A stretch of 64,000 bases of DNA from Anaerolineae bacterium (GCA_963675785.1 OY776562.1:2656001-2720000), one strand, 5' to 3'. Positions 50,747 through 60,307 are shown, counted from the stretch's first letter. Notes: a model not told the origin generated them from the sequence alone. Translations and numbers: made by a program.

Positions 50747-51394
50747 ATGAGAAAAAGACTGGTACTCATCCTTGTTGTATCCATGATACTAAGCCTGCTG
50801 ACCGCTGGCTGTGGTTTGCTTGGTATTGGCGGTGGTAGCAATGGAGAGGCCTTGTACGAAGACGATTTCTCGGACGATAGTTCGGGATGGGAAATCGGCG
50901 AATACTTGGATGGTTGGGTTGGTTATGCCGATGGCACCTATGAAGTGGGCGCTACCTATACAGGCTCGCCAATGTGGGGCGTCGCTGGCCAAAAGTTCTC
51001 CGATGTCTCTGTCACGGTAGAAGCTACCCAATACGACGCACCGTCCAACAGCAACAACGACTTTGGCATCATCCTGCGCGAGCAGGGTAACGCTGATGGC
51101 TATCACTTTTTGATCTCGGGTGACGGCTACTATGCCATCTACTTGCTTGAAGACAGCTACTTTACACCCTTGGTCGACTTTGCAACGAGCAACGTCATTA
51201 AGCAGGGCGATACTACCAACACGATTACGGCAATTGCCAATGGCACAGAGCTGACACTCATCGTGAATGGTGAGACCGTAGCCAGCATCACAGACAGCAC
51301 TTTTTCTTCTGGCGATATCGGCCTGGCAGTAACAACCTATGAAGAGGAACAGTCTGTCATCCGCTTTGATAACCTGGTAGCAGTCGCACCCTAA
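50747..51394 (+). CDS. Lipoprotein with one ConA-like/DUF1080-like beta-sandwich domain
   Basis: Lipobox LTAG-C; LYEDDFSD..SGW...FGIILR...LIVNG.TV....D.TFSSGDIGL...FDNL. Confidence 0.8.
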   Translation: MRKRLVLILVVSMILSLLTAGCGLLGIGGGSNGEALYEDDFSDDSSGWEIGEYLDGWVGYADGTYEVGATYTGSPMWGVAGQKFSDVSVTVEATQYDAPSNSNNDFGIILREQGNADGYHFLISGDGYYAIYLLEDSYFTPLVDFATSNVIKQGDTTNTITAIANGTELTLIVNGETVASITDSTFSSGDIGLAVTTYEEEQSVIRFDNLVAVAP

Positions 51395-51484
51395 ATAGCT
51401 ATATTGGCGACAGCACTGTAGATATTGTGTTCACCAGCAGTGTGTGCCTGGTAGAGGCACTATGAATATCCCCGGGGGGGAGCA

Positions 51485-52903
51485 ATGAGAAAAAGACTGG
51501 TACTCATCCTTGTTGTATCCATGATACTAAGCCTGCTGACCGCTGGCTGTGGTTTGCTTGATGGTTTGCTCAATGATGATAGTGGTAGCAATGGAGAGAC
51601 CTTGTACGAAGACGATTTCTCGGATGATAGTTCGGGATGGGAAGTCGGTGAATACACGGATGGTTGGGTTGGCTATGCAAAAGGCACCTATGAAGTGGGC
51701 GCCACTTATACGAGTTCGCCAATGTGGGGTGTCGCTGGCCAAAAGTTCTCCGATGTCTCTGTCACGGTAGAAGCTACCCAGTACGACGCACCGTCCAACA
51801 GCAACAACGACTTTGGCATCATCCTGCGCGAGCAGGGTAACGCTGATGGCTATCACTTTTTGATCTCGGGTGACGGTTACTATGCCATCTACTTGCTTGA
51901 AGATGGCTACTTTACACCCTTGGTCGACTTTACAACAAGCAGTGTTATCAAGCAGGGCGATACCACTAACACGATTACGGCAATTGCCAATGGCACAGAG
52001 TTGACACTCATCGTGAATGGTGAGACCGTAGCCAGTACCACAGACAGCACTTTTTCTTCTGGCGATATCGGCCTTGCAGCAACGACCTACGAAGAGGAAC
52101 AGACTGTCATTCGCTTTGATAATCTAGTAGCAGTCGCGCCCTCGGGAAGCAGTGCTAGTAGCAGCTCTGGGAAAGCCTCGCTCGGCAGCACGTCTGAGCC
52201 ACAACCTACCAATACTACTGCACCGCTGCCCACCAACACCACAGAACCACAACCCACCAATACTGCAGAGCCGCTGCCCACCAACACCGCAGAGCCGCTA
52301 CCTACCAACACCGCTGAGCCGCTGCCCACTGATGCTGCTGGTGGTGACACCGGAACGATCTTGTATGAAGACGATTTCTCGAATTCCCGTTCAGGATGGG
52401 AAATCGGCGAATATGAGGATGGTTGGGTTGGCTATGCTGATGGCACCTATGAGGTGGGCGCCACTTATACAGGCTCGCCGATGTGGGGCGTTCCCGATCA
52501 AAACTTTTCCGATGTTTCTGTCACAGTAGAGGCCACGCAGTATCAGTCGCCTTCCAACAGCAACAACGACTTTGGCATCATCCTACGTGAGCAGGGTAAC
52601 GCTGATGGCTATCACTTTTTGATCTCGGGTGACGGTTACTATGCCATCTACTTGCTTGAGAACAGTGAATTTACACCTTTGGTCAGCTTTACGGCGAGCA
52701 GTGTCATCAAACAAGGCTTTGCTACCAACACGATCACGGCAATTGCCAATGGCACAGAGCTAACACTCATCGTGAACGGTCAGACCGTTGCCAGTATCAC
52801 AGACAGCACTTTCTCGTCTGGCAATATAGGCCTGGCAGTGACAAGCTACGAAGAGGATTCAGCTGTTATTCGCTTTGATAATCTAGTGGCAGTCGCTCCC
52901 TGA
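51485..52903 (+). CDS. Lipoprotein with two copies of the same beta-sandwich domain joined by a Pro/Thr linker
   Basis: Signal peptide identical to the upstream gene; two near-identical domain copies. Confidence 0.8.
   Translation: MRKRLVLILVVSMILSLLTAGCGLLDGLLNDDSGSNGETLYEDDFSDDSSGWEVGEYTDGWVGYAKGTYEVGATYTSSPMWGVAGQKFSDVSVTVEATQYDAPSNSNNDFGIILREQGNADGYHFLISGDGYYAIYLLEDGYFTPLVDFTTSSVIKQGDTTNTITAIANGTELTLIVNGETVASTTDSTFSSGDIGLAATTYEEEQTVIRFDNLVAVAPSGSSASSSSGKASLGSTSEPQPTNTTAPLPTNTTEPQPTNTAEPLPTNTAEPLPTNTAEPLPTDAAGGDTGTILYEDDFSNSRSGWEIGEYEDGWVGYADGTYEVGATYTGSPMWGVPDQNFSDVSVTVEATQYQSPSNSNNDFGIILREQGNADGYHFLISGDGYYAIYLLENSEFTPLVSFTASSVIKQGFATNTITAIANGTELTLIVNGQTVASITDSTFSSGNIGLAVTSYEEDSAVIRFDNLVAVAP
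52196..52339 (+). repeat. Six 24-nt coding repeats, (E/A)P(Q/L)PTNT(T/A)
   Basis: EPQPTNTT APLPTNTT EPQPTNTA EPLPTNTA EPLPTNTA EPLPTDAA. Confidence 0.9.
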
Positions 52904-52910
52904 TTCTAGC

Positions 52911-52959
52911 AAAAAAGAGGGGAGATATGGGCATTCCGCCCTACATCTCCCCTCTTTTT
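52911..52959. terminator. Bidirectional terminator
   Basis: AAAAAAGAGGGGAGAT...ATCTCCCCTCTTTTT long hairpin between convergent genes. Confidence 0.85.
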
Positions 52960-52977
52960 GTATTCACCAATCCGATA

Positions 52978-53319
52978 CTAGTGGTTCCTTCTCAGTCGTA
53001 AATACAGTAAATATGTGATCAAGCCGACCGTGCCAACAATAGCCATAACCAGAACCCAAGTCAGTACATCGAGCCCCTGAGAAAAAGTCTCCTCAGGCAG
53101 ATCAATCTGCACCCGAGTTGGCAAGGGGGTTGGTTTGGGCGTCGCTGTAGGTACAACACCAGTTGACTGCGCGGCCACCAGGGCAAAAGTATCCACACCT
53201 GAAAATACCCGCACATTGCTGTCCTCTGTAAGAAGGGGGACGCCAAATAGGAATAACCCCATCAGCAGGATGAAAAAAAACAATGCCCTCTTGTGCCTGC
53301 GTTGCCAATGCTTTATCAT
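52978..53319 (-). CDS. Small membrane protein with Pro/Thr linker, C-terminal TM and basic tail
   Basis: N-terminal hydrophobic helix; PTATPKPTPLPT; LPEET...TM...RLRRNH; 4-nt overlap with the upstream gene. Confidence 0.65.
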   Translation of the reverse strand: MIKHWQRRHKRALFFFILLMGLFLFGVPLLTEDSNVRVFSGVDTFALVAAQSTGVVPTATPKPTPLPTRVQIDLPEETFSQGLDVLTWVLVMAIVGTVGLITYLLYLRLRRNH

Positions 53320-55073
53320 TTTGCCTGCTCACCGGAAAACACCAACTCGACATCGCCAGTCAACATAAAGTCCGTCTCTTCGCCAAATGGTGTCATCACC
53401 GAGACAGCGATATCCGTTCTACCAGCTTGCCCTTGAAGCATCAGACTATAATCGCCCTGTTCAATGCAAACAGCAACCTGAGCGGGGAGTAGATATTTGA
53501 GCACAAGCGTGTACGTCTCTCCCTTGGGAACCACGATAAAGGTGCCCCATATCTGTTTCCCCTGGCTGATACTCGCATCAACGGGTTCGTCAGTTCCAGT
53601 AATAGAAAGCAACTCACACCCCGGTTGCGCATAAACCCGAACATAATCCCAATAGCAATCATTTGCCAACTCGGCATAGGTATCCCGATAATAGGAGCGG
53701 TGGTCGCATGCGTTACCATCAGGTGTCGATAGATTCGTATAAGTAATCTCTAGTGTAGCAGTAAGCCCATCAGCAGTCTCTGCAACTGCATAATTGATGG
53801 CTTGTTCAATGTTGCGATCAACTTTGTTCCAGCCCATATTTGTATCTACAACCATCAAATAGTCACAGTCAGACGATTTAATATCTCCGGCAAGGCCCGC
53901 ATCCTCAATATCGGCCTGCACAGCTGAATTCTCGCTCCAGGCAAAAAGGTGTTTCTGTTCAGCACCCTGCACGACTGCCTGAAGAACATTGAGCAGCTCT
54001 CTGGCTCCCATGTCATGGGCAGCAGAGACGAATGAGTCCATCACATCGCCGCCAAAATCTTTGTGATGGGCAAGCCAATCGGCAAAACCACCTGCTTCGC
54101 CCAGCGCCGCCGCATCCTTGGGCTGTTCCCAATAGGAGATAAAAAGATCATAGAAATTCTCGCCAGTGACCTCGACCCCGTCATACCCCTCTACGTCGAT
54201 GCCACCCACTGCATCCAGAACAAGTTGCAAAAAGTCCATGTCGATGGCAATCACGCCATCGATGGATTTTTCTGTGTCCATTTCATAAAGAGAGGCCATA
54301 ACCGCAGCAGAGGAAGAAAAATCAGGGGACCAATTCGCATCGCGCATCAATAGAACGCTTGCACCCATGTAGGTTTGCAACGGGATCGGAGGTGTTGGGT
54401 GCACCTCATAGTAGGCTTCAATATCTTGCGAACTCGAATAATTAGAGACATCAAGATTGCCATCAGATATCGTGATCAGAGCCACAGCACTGATGAACCC
54501 GCCTGTTGCTCGAATCTCATCCTTGTTCTGAAAACAGGCCAGCCAAGTTTGATCTTCCAAACCCGAATCGGCCACTGCTAAGAGGGCACTAGAAACAAGA
54601 CTCAATTGTTTGGCCCTGTCTGCCCACACACCATCGAGACCCACACTCGCTCGTTCCGCGGCATCACGTGCCTCTGTTAACACCTCTCGATGAAGGGCCA
54701 TCTCGTACGCCGCGCCCTGCAGCGAAGAATCAGTCTCTCCCATGCCAAGTAAAGCCCACGATCCTGATTCGACCAGGCCGCTTATGCAAATTCCCAAGTC
54801 GCCAAACTCACCGGCCTTTTTAAAACCCACAAAATCCGCGACGTCCAGTACAAACTCGGTTTTATCAGCAAACCAACTTAGATGGCGAGATATCTTTTGC
54901 ACCTGGTCAGCAAGGTTCAAAACAACTTCAGAGTCGTCCAAGCCTGAGTCAGATAGATCCCGGGCTGCCATGTAGGTACGCAAGGCAGCCCGGCTCAATT
55001 GCGAAGCGTGATACAGGGGAAAAGCCAAAAGCAGGCCAAGGATGACAATAACCCCAAGCCAACCTTTTTTCAT
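53316..55073 (-). CDS. DUF4012-domain protein
   Basis: FQN.DEIRATGGFI, RDANWSPDF, DGVIAID, N.GWNKVD. Confidence 0.8.
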   Translation of the reverse strand: MKKGWLGVIVILGLLLAFPLYHASQLSRAALRTYMAARDLSDSGLDDSEVVLNLADQVQKISRHLSWFADKTEFVLDVADFVGFKKAGEFGDLGICISGLVESGSWALLGMGETDSSLQGAAYEMALHREVLTEARDAAERASVGLDGVWADRAKQLSLVSSALLAVADSGLEDQTWLACFQNKDEIRATGGFISAVALITISDGNLDVSNYSSSQDIEAYYEVHPTPPIPLQTYMGASVLLMRDANWSPDFSSSAAVMASLYEMDTEKSIDGVIAIDMDFLQLVLDAVGGIDVEGYDGVEVTGENFYDLFISYWEQPKDAAALGEAGGFADWLAHHKDFGGDVMDSFVSAAHDMGARELLNVLQAVVQGAEQKHLFAWSENSAVQADIEDAGLAGDIKSSDCDYLMVVDTNMGWNKVDRNIEQAINYAVAETADGLTATLEITYTNLSTPDGNACDHRSYYRDTYAELANDCYWDYVRVYAQPGCELLSITGTDEPVDASISQGKQIWGTFIVVPKGETYTLVLKYLLPAQVAVCIEQGDYSLMLQGQAGRTDIAVSVMTPFGEETDFMLTGDVELVFSGEQAK

Positions 55074-56284
55074 GAGCCAAACTCTGCTATCAGTCTGGGT
55101 ACCATATCGATATAGAACTGGCCCAATGGGTAGGACAGATGGGTAAAGGGATCATATAAGGCGCCCCCGAAAATCTCACTGTCATCTACATTGGGGTCAT
55201 CACGATAGTCTTCACCGGGATGAGCCATGCTGTACCAAAGCCAACGCTGCACCAGCAGATTGCCATCAGTGGGACACCCAATCGCGGCGTCAGTTGCTGA
55301 GAGCATGTAGCGATAGCTGGTCTCCATAAAGTCTGCCATAATCGCCTCGCCTTCAGCCCCAAACCACTCCTGCGGGTTGAGGAACCCGAACTCACTAACA
55401 ATCAGCTCGCATTCTCGGTAGCCGTTGTCGGCCATCCACTGGCGGAACGTGAGCATATGGTTCTCAAAGATATCCATATCATCCTGGTTCCACCACTGAT
55501 ATGTCTCTCCCTGCTCAGCATCAAGCCCCACCGGGATGCCAGCACCAGATTGGCCCTCGACTTCCTGTAAAATCTGATTGTGGACGGTCCACACATCCAC
55601 CGGCATGGCCACACCATAAAGGCGCTCATACTCGGCTAATACCCGGTCCAGCCATTCCAAGCGCAACGCCGTAGGCTCTACAACTCCGCCCACCGCCACA
55701 CGCGCCGTAAGATCTGCCTCTTTGAGCTCTGTATAGCAGGTATGATAGATGACAGCATACTGCTCAGGGGTACGCGCTCCTTGGCCATATGGGCACTCGG
55801 GCTCATTGCCAATGATCCACAAAGAGCCAGGATTAGCTGCTGCTGCAGCCTGAGCCTGGCTTAAATACGTGGGGTCTCCTAAAGGGTCTGCCCCATAAAT
55901 CGATTCGCGCACCATGATCATCTGCACGTATTCGGCATCGCCAATATCTGGTAGAGTCATACGATAACTATAATCAGCATAAAGACCATACAAGCCGCCG
56001 AGAGCGGGATAATCGCTGGCGGCTCCGTAAGCAGCACAAAACCCCATGCGCTCCAACACGGTGTAGGGATGTTGGTGGTTACGCATGAGTAAAGGCAAAA
56101 AGGTAACATAACTGCTGGCCACCGCCGTTGGTGCCACAGTTGGCGTAGCAATCTCTGCAGGCGTTTCTGCATAGGGTTCGATAGAAAAAGCTGCTGTCGC
56201 AAACACAGCTATCAATAAAACACAGAGTATCCCCCAGACGGGCAGTCGTCTGCGATCTTGGCTATGCATAACAGTTTGACGCAT
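55070..56284 (-). CDS. Secreted glycoside hydrolase-like protein (clan GH-A-like)
   Basis: Signal peptide; WIIGNEPE (acid/base), DVWTVH, LIVSEFG (nucleophile). Confidence 0.65.
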   Translation of the reverse strand: MRQTVMHSQDRRRLPVWGILCVLLIAVFATAAFSIEPYAETPAEIATPTVAPTAVASSYVTFLPLLMRNHQHPYTVLERMGFCAAYGAASDYPALGGLYGLYADYSYRMTLPDIGDAEYVQMIMVRESIYGADPLGDPTYLSQAQAAAAANPGSLWIIGNEPECPYGQGARTPEQYAVIYHTCYTELKEADLTARVAVGGVVEPTALRLEWLDRVLAEYERLYGVAMPVDVWTVHNQILQEVEGQSGAGIPVGLDAEQGETYQWWNQDDMDIFENHMLTFRQWMADNGYRECELIVSEFGFLNPQEWFGAEGEAIMADFMETSYRYMLSATDAAIGCPTDGNLLVQRWLWYSMAHPGEDYRDDPNVDDSEIFGGALYDPFTHLSYPLGQFYIDMVPRLIAEFGS

Positions 56285-56532
56285 TCGAGTCCTTTCATCA
56301 ACCAGTTTACAGGATTCCGAGTTTGCTCAACCGAGCCACGATTCCCAAATATTCCATTCGCAGGACGCTGGCACAAACACAAATCTATATGAAACCTGCC
56401 GGAAAGTACAAAAGCAGATCGAGATAAGAGATTATTCGATTCCAAAGCGCTGAAACAATTCCTTTATCAACCGATCAGGCAACGAAAAGATAGCAAGCGA
56501 GTCGAAACATATCTCTAGCTTTTGAAAAAAGA

Positions 56533-58152
56533 CTAGTCGCCCTCCACACTGTCAGAGGCTTCGTTAGCACTTGATTGATAAGCTACTTGAATCAGTCCCG
56601 CTAGAATCCAGAAAAACACGCCTGTTTTAGCGCCAAGGGCTATGGTATCGGCAATGCCATAAACACCAAAGCCCGCCAGCACAGCCACTACGCCCCCACC
56701 CAAGCCAGCTAGCCACCCTCGCCCACGTTGCGCAACACGAATTCCCTGCCATAAAATGATGCCACAAAAAGCTAGGAAAGCGGCTGTGCCGAGCAAACCA
56801 AGGTCGTACACAAGCTGAAGCACGAGATTGTGAGCGTGCGGCATAATTGCACTATACGTTCCCTTGTCGATCGCCACGTAATTTCTAAAGGTTCCTAAAC
56901 CATTCCCCAACCAGGGCGATTTTTGTATCTCATCTAGAGCCTGTGCCCACACGATGGGGCGAGAATGCAAATCCCAGTCACCCAAAGGAGTGGAAAAAGT
57001 TTGGCCGCTCAAGAGTTCATTGGCAATCTCCTGAACAACATCAAGGGGGACAAATATCAGAAATAGAAGAATAGAAATGATCAGAGCCCAGATGACTGTT
57101 TTCCGCAACCAACGCCAGCGAACCATGAACACAACCAACGCACTAACCAAGGCCCCAGCCCAGCCACTATGCGACTGAGTAAGCACAAGGGTTACGCTCA
57201 TTAGGAGTGTGCTTACTAGCGCTATCGTCCTCAAGACGCCCATCTTGTCTCCGTGAGACGGAGCCACAGACAACGACAAAGCAACAGGCATAAGGAATAA
57301 TAGCGTCCCTGCCAATTGATTTTGGTTGGCAGCTCCGCCCAAGGCCTCAGGTAGCTTTTCAATAATGTGAGGCAGATGACTGTATAAAATTGCCATGAAT
57401 GAGGATTGATGAGGCTCCTTCACAAAGAAAAAGCCCACGATGGCAAATATAGCACCTGAAGCAAGGTATAGCCCCACCAACCCCTTGAGCTGTTTTTCGC
57501 CGCGGAACAGCAAAGCCACCGAATAGGCGGCCAGGCCAACAACAACGCCCGCGATTTTGCTTAGCGTGAGTTCGTTATCCCCGCCCAGAATGGCCGCGAT
57601 GGCTACTGCGACGAGGGTAAAAACCAAGGCCAAGTCCTGCTTGCCCAGAATCCAGGGAGTGCCAGACTGCCAAAGATATAACGTAAGCCAAACGAGCACG
57701 ACCAAAATAGCCGAAAGCAGTGTCAACAGAGCACGTTGTGTTGGAAAAAGCAGGCCGGGCACAGCCAACAAGGCCAACAACGTGACAAAAACAAGTATCG
57801 TCGAGCGATATGGGGGACGCTCCAAGGGTACAAAGGAAGGAAAAGAAAAGCCCTCACGCTTTTGCCAGAATTTCCTGACAAAAAGAATCAAGCCCAACCC
57901 CATGCCAAGTGCGCCAGCATAAAGAGTCAGGCTTTCCGCGGTCATCAACAGGCCTACACCAAGCATCTCCAGAGCGATGCTGAATCCCAGAGTTCTTCTG
58001 GACTCATCTCGCGCTGATGATGCCTCGCCAACAAGATACCAGCTAAAGAGAGCGATCAGCAGAGCTGCGCCCATAATAATCAGACCAGCTGAAATCAGAG
58101 TAAGCGGATCAACATTCCAGACTACCGTTGTGCTTGTCAAGGCTGATTCCAA
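56533..58152 (-). CDS. O-antigen ligase/Wzy_C-family membrane protein
   Basis: NQNQLAG, LTQSHSG, R..VW..AL..I...PWLG.GLG, HAHNLVLQL..DLGLLG; start position uncertain. Confidence 0.82.
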   Translation of the reverse strand: MESALTSTTVVWNVDPLTLISAGLIIMGAALLIALFSWYLVGEASSARDESRRTLGFSIALEMLGVGLLMTAESLTLYAGALGMGLGLILFVRKFWQKREGFSFPSFVPLERPPYRSTILVFVTLLALLAVPGLLFPTQRALLTLLSAILVVLVWLTLYLWQSGTPWILGKQDLALVFTLVAVAIAAILGGDNELTLSKIAGVVVGLAAYSVALLFRGEKQLKGLVGLYLASGAIFAIVGFFFVKEPHQSSFMAILYSHLPHIIEKLPEALGGAANQNQLAGTLLFLMPVALSLSVAPSHGDKMGVLRTIALVSTLLMSVTLVLTQSHSGWAGALVSALVVFMVRWRWLRKTVIWALIISILLFLIFVPLDVVQEIANELLSGQTFSTPLGDWDLHSRPIVWAQALDEIQKSPWLGNGLGTFRNYVAIDKGTYSAIMPHAHNLVLQLVYDLGLLGTAAFLAFCGIILWQGIRVAQRGRGWLAGLGGGVVAVLAGFGVYGIADTIALGAKTGVFFWILAGLIQVAYQSSANEASDSVEGD

Positions 58153-58190
58153 ATCGCTGCAAAGATACCACTGTCGAAATCGCCCCGTCG

Positions 58191-58793
58191 CTATTTGCCC
58201 GTAGCGGGGAGAATGGCACGTGGTGCATCCAAAGTAACCTCTTGGGCATCAAAGATATCATCCATTGATGCCATGACTGTAACCGTAAAAGAGTCTCCAG
58301 GCCATAGATCGTCTGGAACCTGAATCGTAACCTGTAGTGAGTCTGCTTCACCAGGGTCCAGAGCAGCTACCACAGTATTAAAAACCATCTCCCCTGATGC
58401 CTCAACGATGGCAAGGCCATTCGCGTTGACCGTCACAGGATTCAAGTCCGAAAACGCTGTGCCTACATTTTCGACCATTATATTCAACTCGACCAGATCG
58501 CCCGGAGCAATTTCAAAAAAGGTGTCTTCGAGTGTAACCCAAGGTTGAGCATAACCTTCTTCAACAGGGGCATCTGTCGGCTGAGGGACAGCGGTAGGCC
58601 TAGGAGCCGTAGTAGGAGCAGATGTGGGTGAAGTAGTCGGTGCTATGGGAGTCCATGTTGCCGGGGGCGTCAAAGGCACGGTCTGCCGCAAAGGCGATTC
58701 CAAAGACATGGCCCAAGCCGTACTTGTAGAAGAAGCCCAAACTATGGCCAAAAGCAACAAAAGGCCCACAAAGTAGTGCTGCTTTTTTATCAC
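58191..58793 (-). CDS. Secreted Ig-like (CARDB/DUF11-like) protein ending in LPATGK
   Basis: Signal peptide; Pro/Thr tract; PGD.V...I.VENVG...LDPGE......IQVP; terminal ILPATGK*. Confidence 0.7.
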   Translation of the reverse strand: MIKKQHYFVGLLLLLAIVWASSTSTAWAMSLESPLRQTVPLTPPATWTPIAPTTSPTSAPTTAPRPTAVPQPTDAPVEEGYAQPWVTLEDTFFEIAPGDLVELNIMVENVGTAFSDLNPVTVNANGLAIVEASGEMVFNTVVAALDPGEADSLQVTIQVPDDLWPGDSFTVTVMASMDDIFDAQEVTLDAPRAILPATGK

Positions 58794-58845
58794 AGGACAC
58801 CTGCTCCTATCTTGGTATCTTGAACATATAAGCGTTTTCTAGATG

Positions 58846-59529
58846 TCACTTGTTCCCCACCACAGCCGTGACGATTAAGCGATGCGTATAACCCCACTCG
58901 GGCCAACATGTAACTAGGGTGAGCCGTGTATCTTCTGTGGCATCCAACACCTCGGCCGCCTCGATTTGTTCACCCACCTCAAGGCCCGACTGCTGTATGC
59001 GAACAGATCCGGTCACTGTATAACTCGTCTCAGTTCCCGACATATCTCTGAGGATGATCTCATCGCCCTCTTGCAGTGCCTCTAGCTGTGCAAAGGGACT
59101 GCTTTCTGTGCCGCCGCTATGCCCTGCAAGTACGCAATTACCCTGATCGCCCAACGCAGCTGAACCGATCAGGTAACTGACATAGGCATCATCAGCATCC
59201 CAAACTGCAACAGAGATGCCATCGAGTTGTTCAATATGCCAAGAAACTTTGACAATGGGTTCTTCGAGTTCAACACTGGGGATAACGATCCAGCCTATCT
59301 GCCCCGTTATCGGAGTAGGCGTGGCCGTTGGTGTAACTCGTGTACGTACAGGCGTAGCCGTCCTCACGGAAGTAGTTGTAAGCACAGGTGTTTGAGTTAA
59401 TGCGCTGGCCGCAGATGGCGTCAGCGTAGTCTCTGTAGAGGAATGCCTACACCCAAGTGACAGAAAAATCAGAGAGATGAGAATAACAGATCGGACAATT
59501 ATATTATGTAAATGCACTTTACCTACCAC
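58846..59529 (-). CDS. Sortase
   Basis: IPSV.L...I, GN.VLAGH, F..L..L..GD.I, LTLVTC.P.....RLIV (His/Cys/Arg triad). Confidence 0.9.
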   Translation of the reverse strand: MVGKVHLHNIIVRSVILISLIFLSLGCRHSSTETTLTPSAASALTQTPVLTTTSVRTATPVRTRVTPTATPTPITGQIGWIVIPSVELEEPIVKVSWHIEQLDGISVAVWDADDAYVSYLIGSAALGDQGNCVLAGHSGGTESSPFAQLEALQEGDEIILRDMSGTETSYTVTGSVRIQQSGLEVGEQIEAAEVLDATEDTRLTLVTCWPEWGYTHRLIVTAVVGNK

Positions 59530-59705
59530 CGCAAGCGTATTTTAGCTAGTTTCTGGTATAGCCTATAGACACCTGGCGAGTCAAGCTTTTGTTCATACCT
59601 CTCTGCCTAAATATAGAAACTGAAAGGCCTTGCATCAGCGAATCCTTTCTTGCCGACATCCAGAGAGACGAATATACTTGTAGAAACGAATATTGGAGAC
59701 CGGGT

Positions 59706-59879
59706 GTGGGATTTGGAAAAGGAACTGGCGATTTTTCAGCACGACAGCTCTGGGATTGGGTTCTGATAACCCTTGTGCTAACGATTACGTTTTTCGTTCT
59801 ACTCCAGATAATCGGAGAGCAGGTAAGGGAAATCCTGGAAGTAGTTCGCGCCTTTCTTGCTGATCTGATATCCGCATAG
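59706..59879 (+). CDS. Small single-TM peptide, Flp/Fap pilin-like
   Basis: GGAGA RBS before GTG 59706; 57 aa; short leader, hydrophobic helix, IG..V..I amphipathic tail; the canonical G-xxxxEY motif is replaced by ARQLWDW. Confidence 0.45.
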   Translation: MGFGKGTGDFSARQLWDWVLITLVLTITFFVLLQIIGEQVREILEVVRAFLADLISA

Positions 59880-59917
59880 ATGAGACTAGCATAACAAGAA
59901 CCTTTGGGAGGTACAAC

Positions 59918-60265
59918 CTGGACTATCTAGATGTTGCGAAACTGGCAGTCGATGCAGCTTCTGCCAAGATGGCAGAAGACCTTTTATTGCTTGACCTGCA
60001 AGAACTTACCATCATTGCCGACTATTTTGTCATCGCTTCAGCCGACACTGGCCGTCAAATCGATGCTATCACTGAGGCAATCGATGGCGAGATCAAACAA
60101 AAGCTGGGGCTTGATCCTCTCCATATAGAGGGCACTGCAGATTCTGGCTGGGTATTGATGGATTATGGCGGAGTGGTTATCCATCTCTTTTCCAAACCGC
60201 AACGCGAGCGTTATCAACTCGAAGATCTATGGCGAGATGCGCGAGTCATTGTGAGAATAGCCTAA
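59918..60265 (+). CDS. rsfS: Ribosome silencing factor, probable CTG start
   Basis: ADYFVIASA...RQI.A, EG....GWVLMDYG.VVIHLF....RERYQLEDLW; RsfS-like sequence extends upstream of ATG 59969 to a CTG at 59918 behind GGAGGT. Confidence 0.9.
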   Translation: MDYLDVAKLAVDAASAKMAEDLLLLDLQELTIIADYFVIASADTGRQIDAITEAIDGEIKQKLGLDPLHIEGTADSGWVLMDYGGVVIHLFSKPQRERYQLEDLWRDARVIVRIA

Positions 60266-60267
60266 CA

Positions 60268-60298
60268 GAAAGAGCCATCCAACGAGGATGGCTCTTTA
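60268..60298. terminator. Terminator between convergent rsfS and ndk
   Basis: AAAGAGCCATCC-AACGA-GGATGGCTCTTT. Confidence 0.8.
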
Positions 60299-60307
60299 CT
60301 ATCCGAA

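Larger units (their letters stand above)
50706..52900 (+). repeat. Tandem gene duplication (50706-51391 vs 51444-52140) plus a third domain copy (about 52354-52900)
   Basis: 41 nt of upstream sequence are shared with one mismatch, and long identical nucleotide stretches run through the CDSs. Confidence 0.92.

Noticed and set aside
52196-52339. CRISPR-like array
   Set aside because: These are contiguous in-frame coding repeats with no unique spacers, and there are no cas genes.
50486-52903. Genomic island integrated at tRNA-Leu
   Set aside because: No integrase, and no duplicated tRNA 3' end seen downstream.
58150-58200. Programmed frameshift or readthrough joining LPATG to the TM of the O-antigen ligase ORF
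   Set aside because: Readthrough hits a TGA 18 codons later, the ligase is in another frame, and I see no convincing slippery site.
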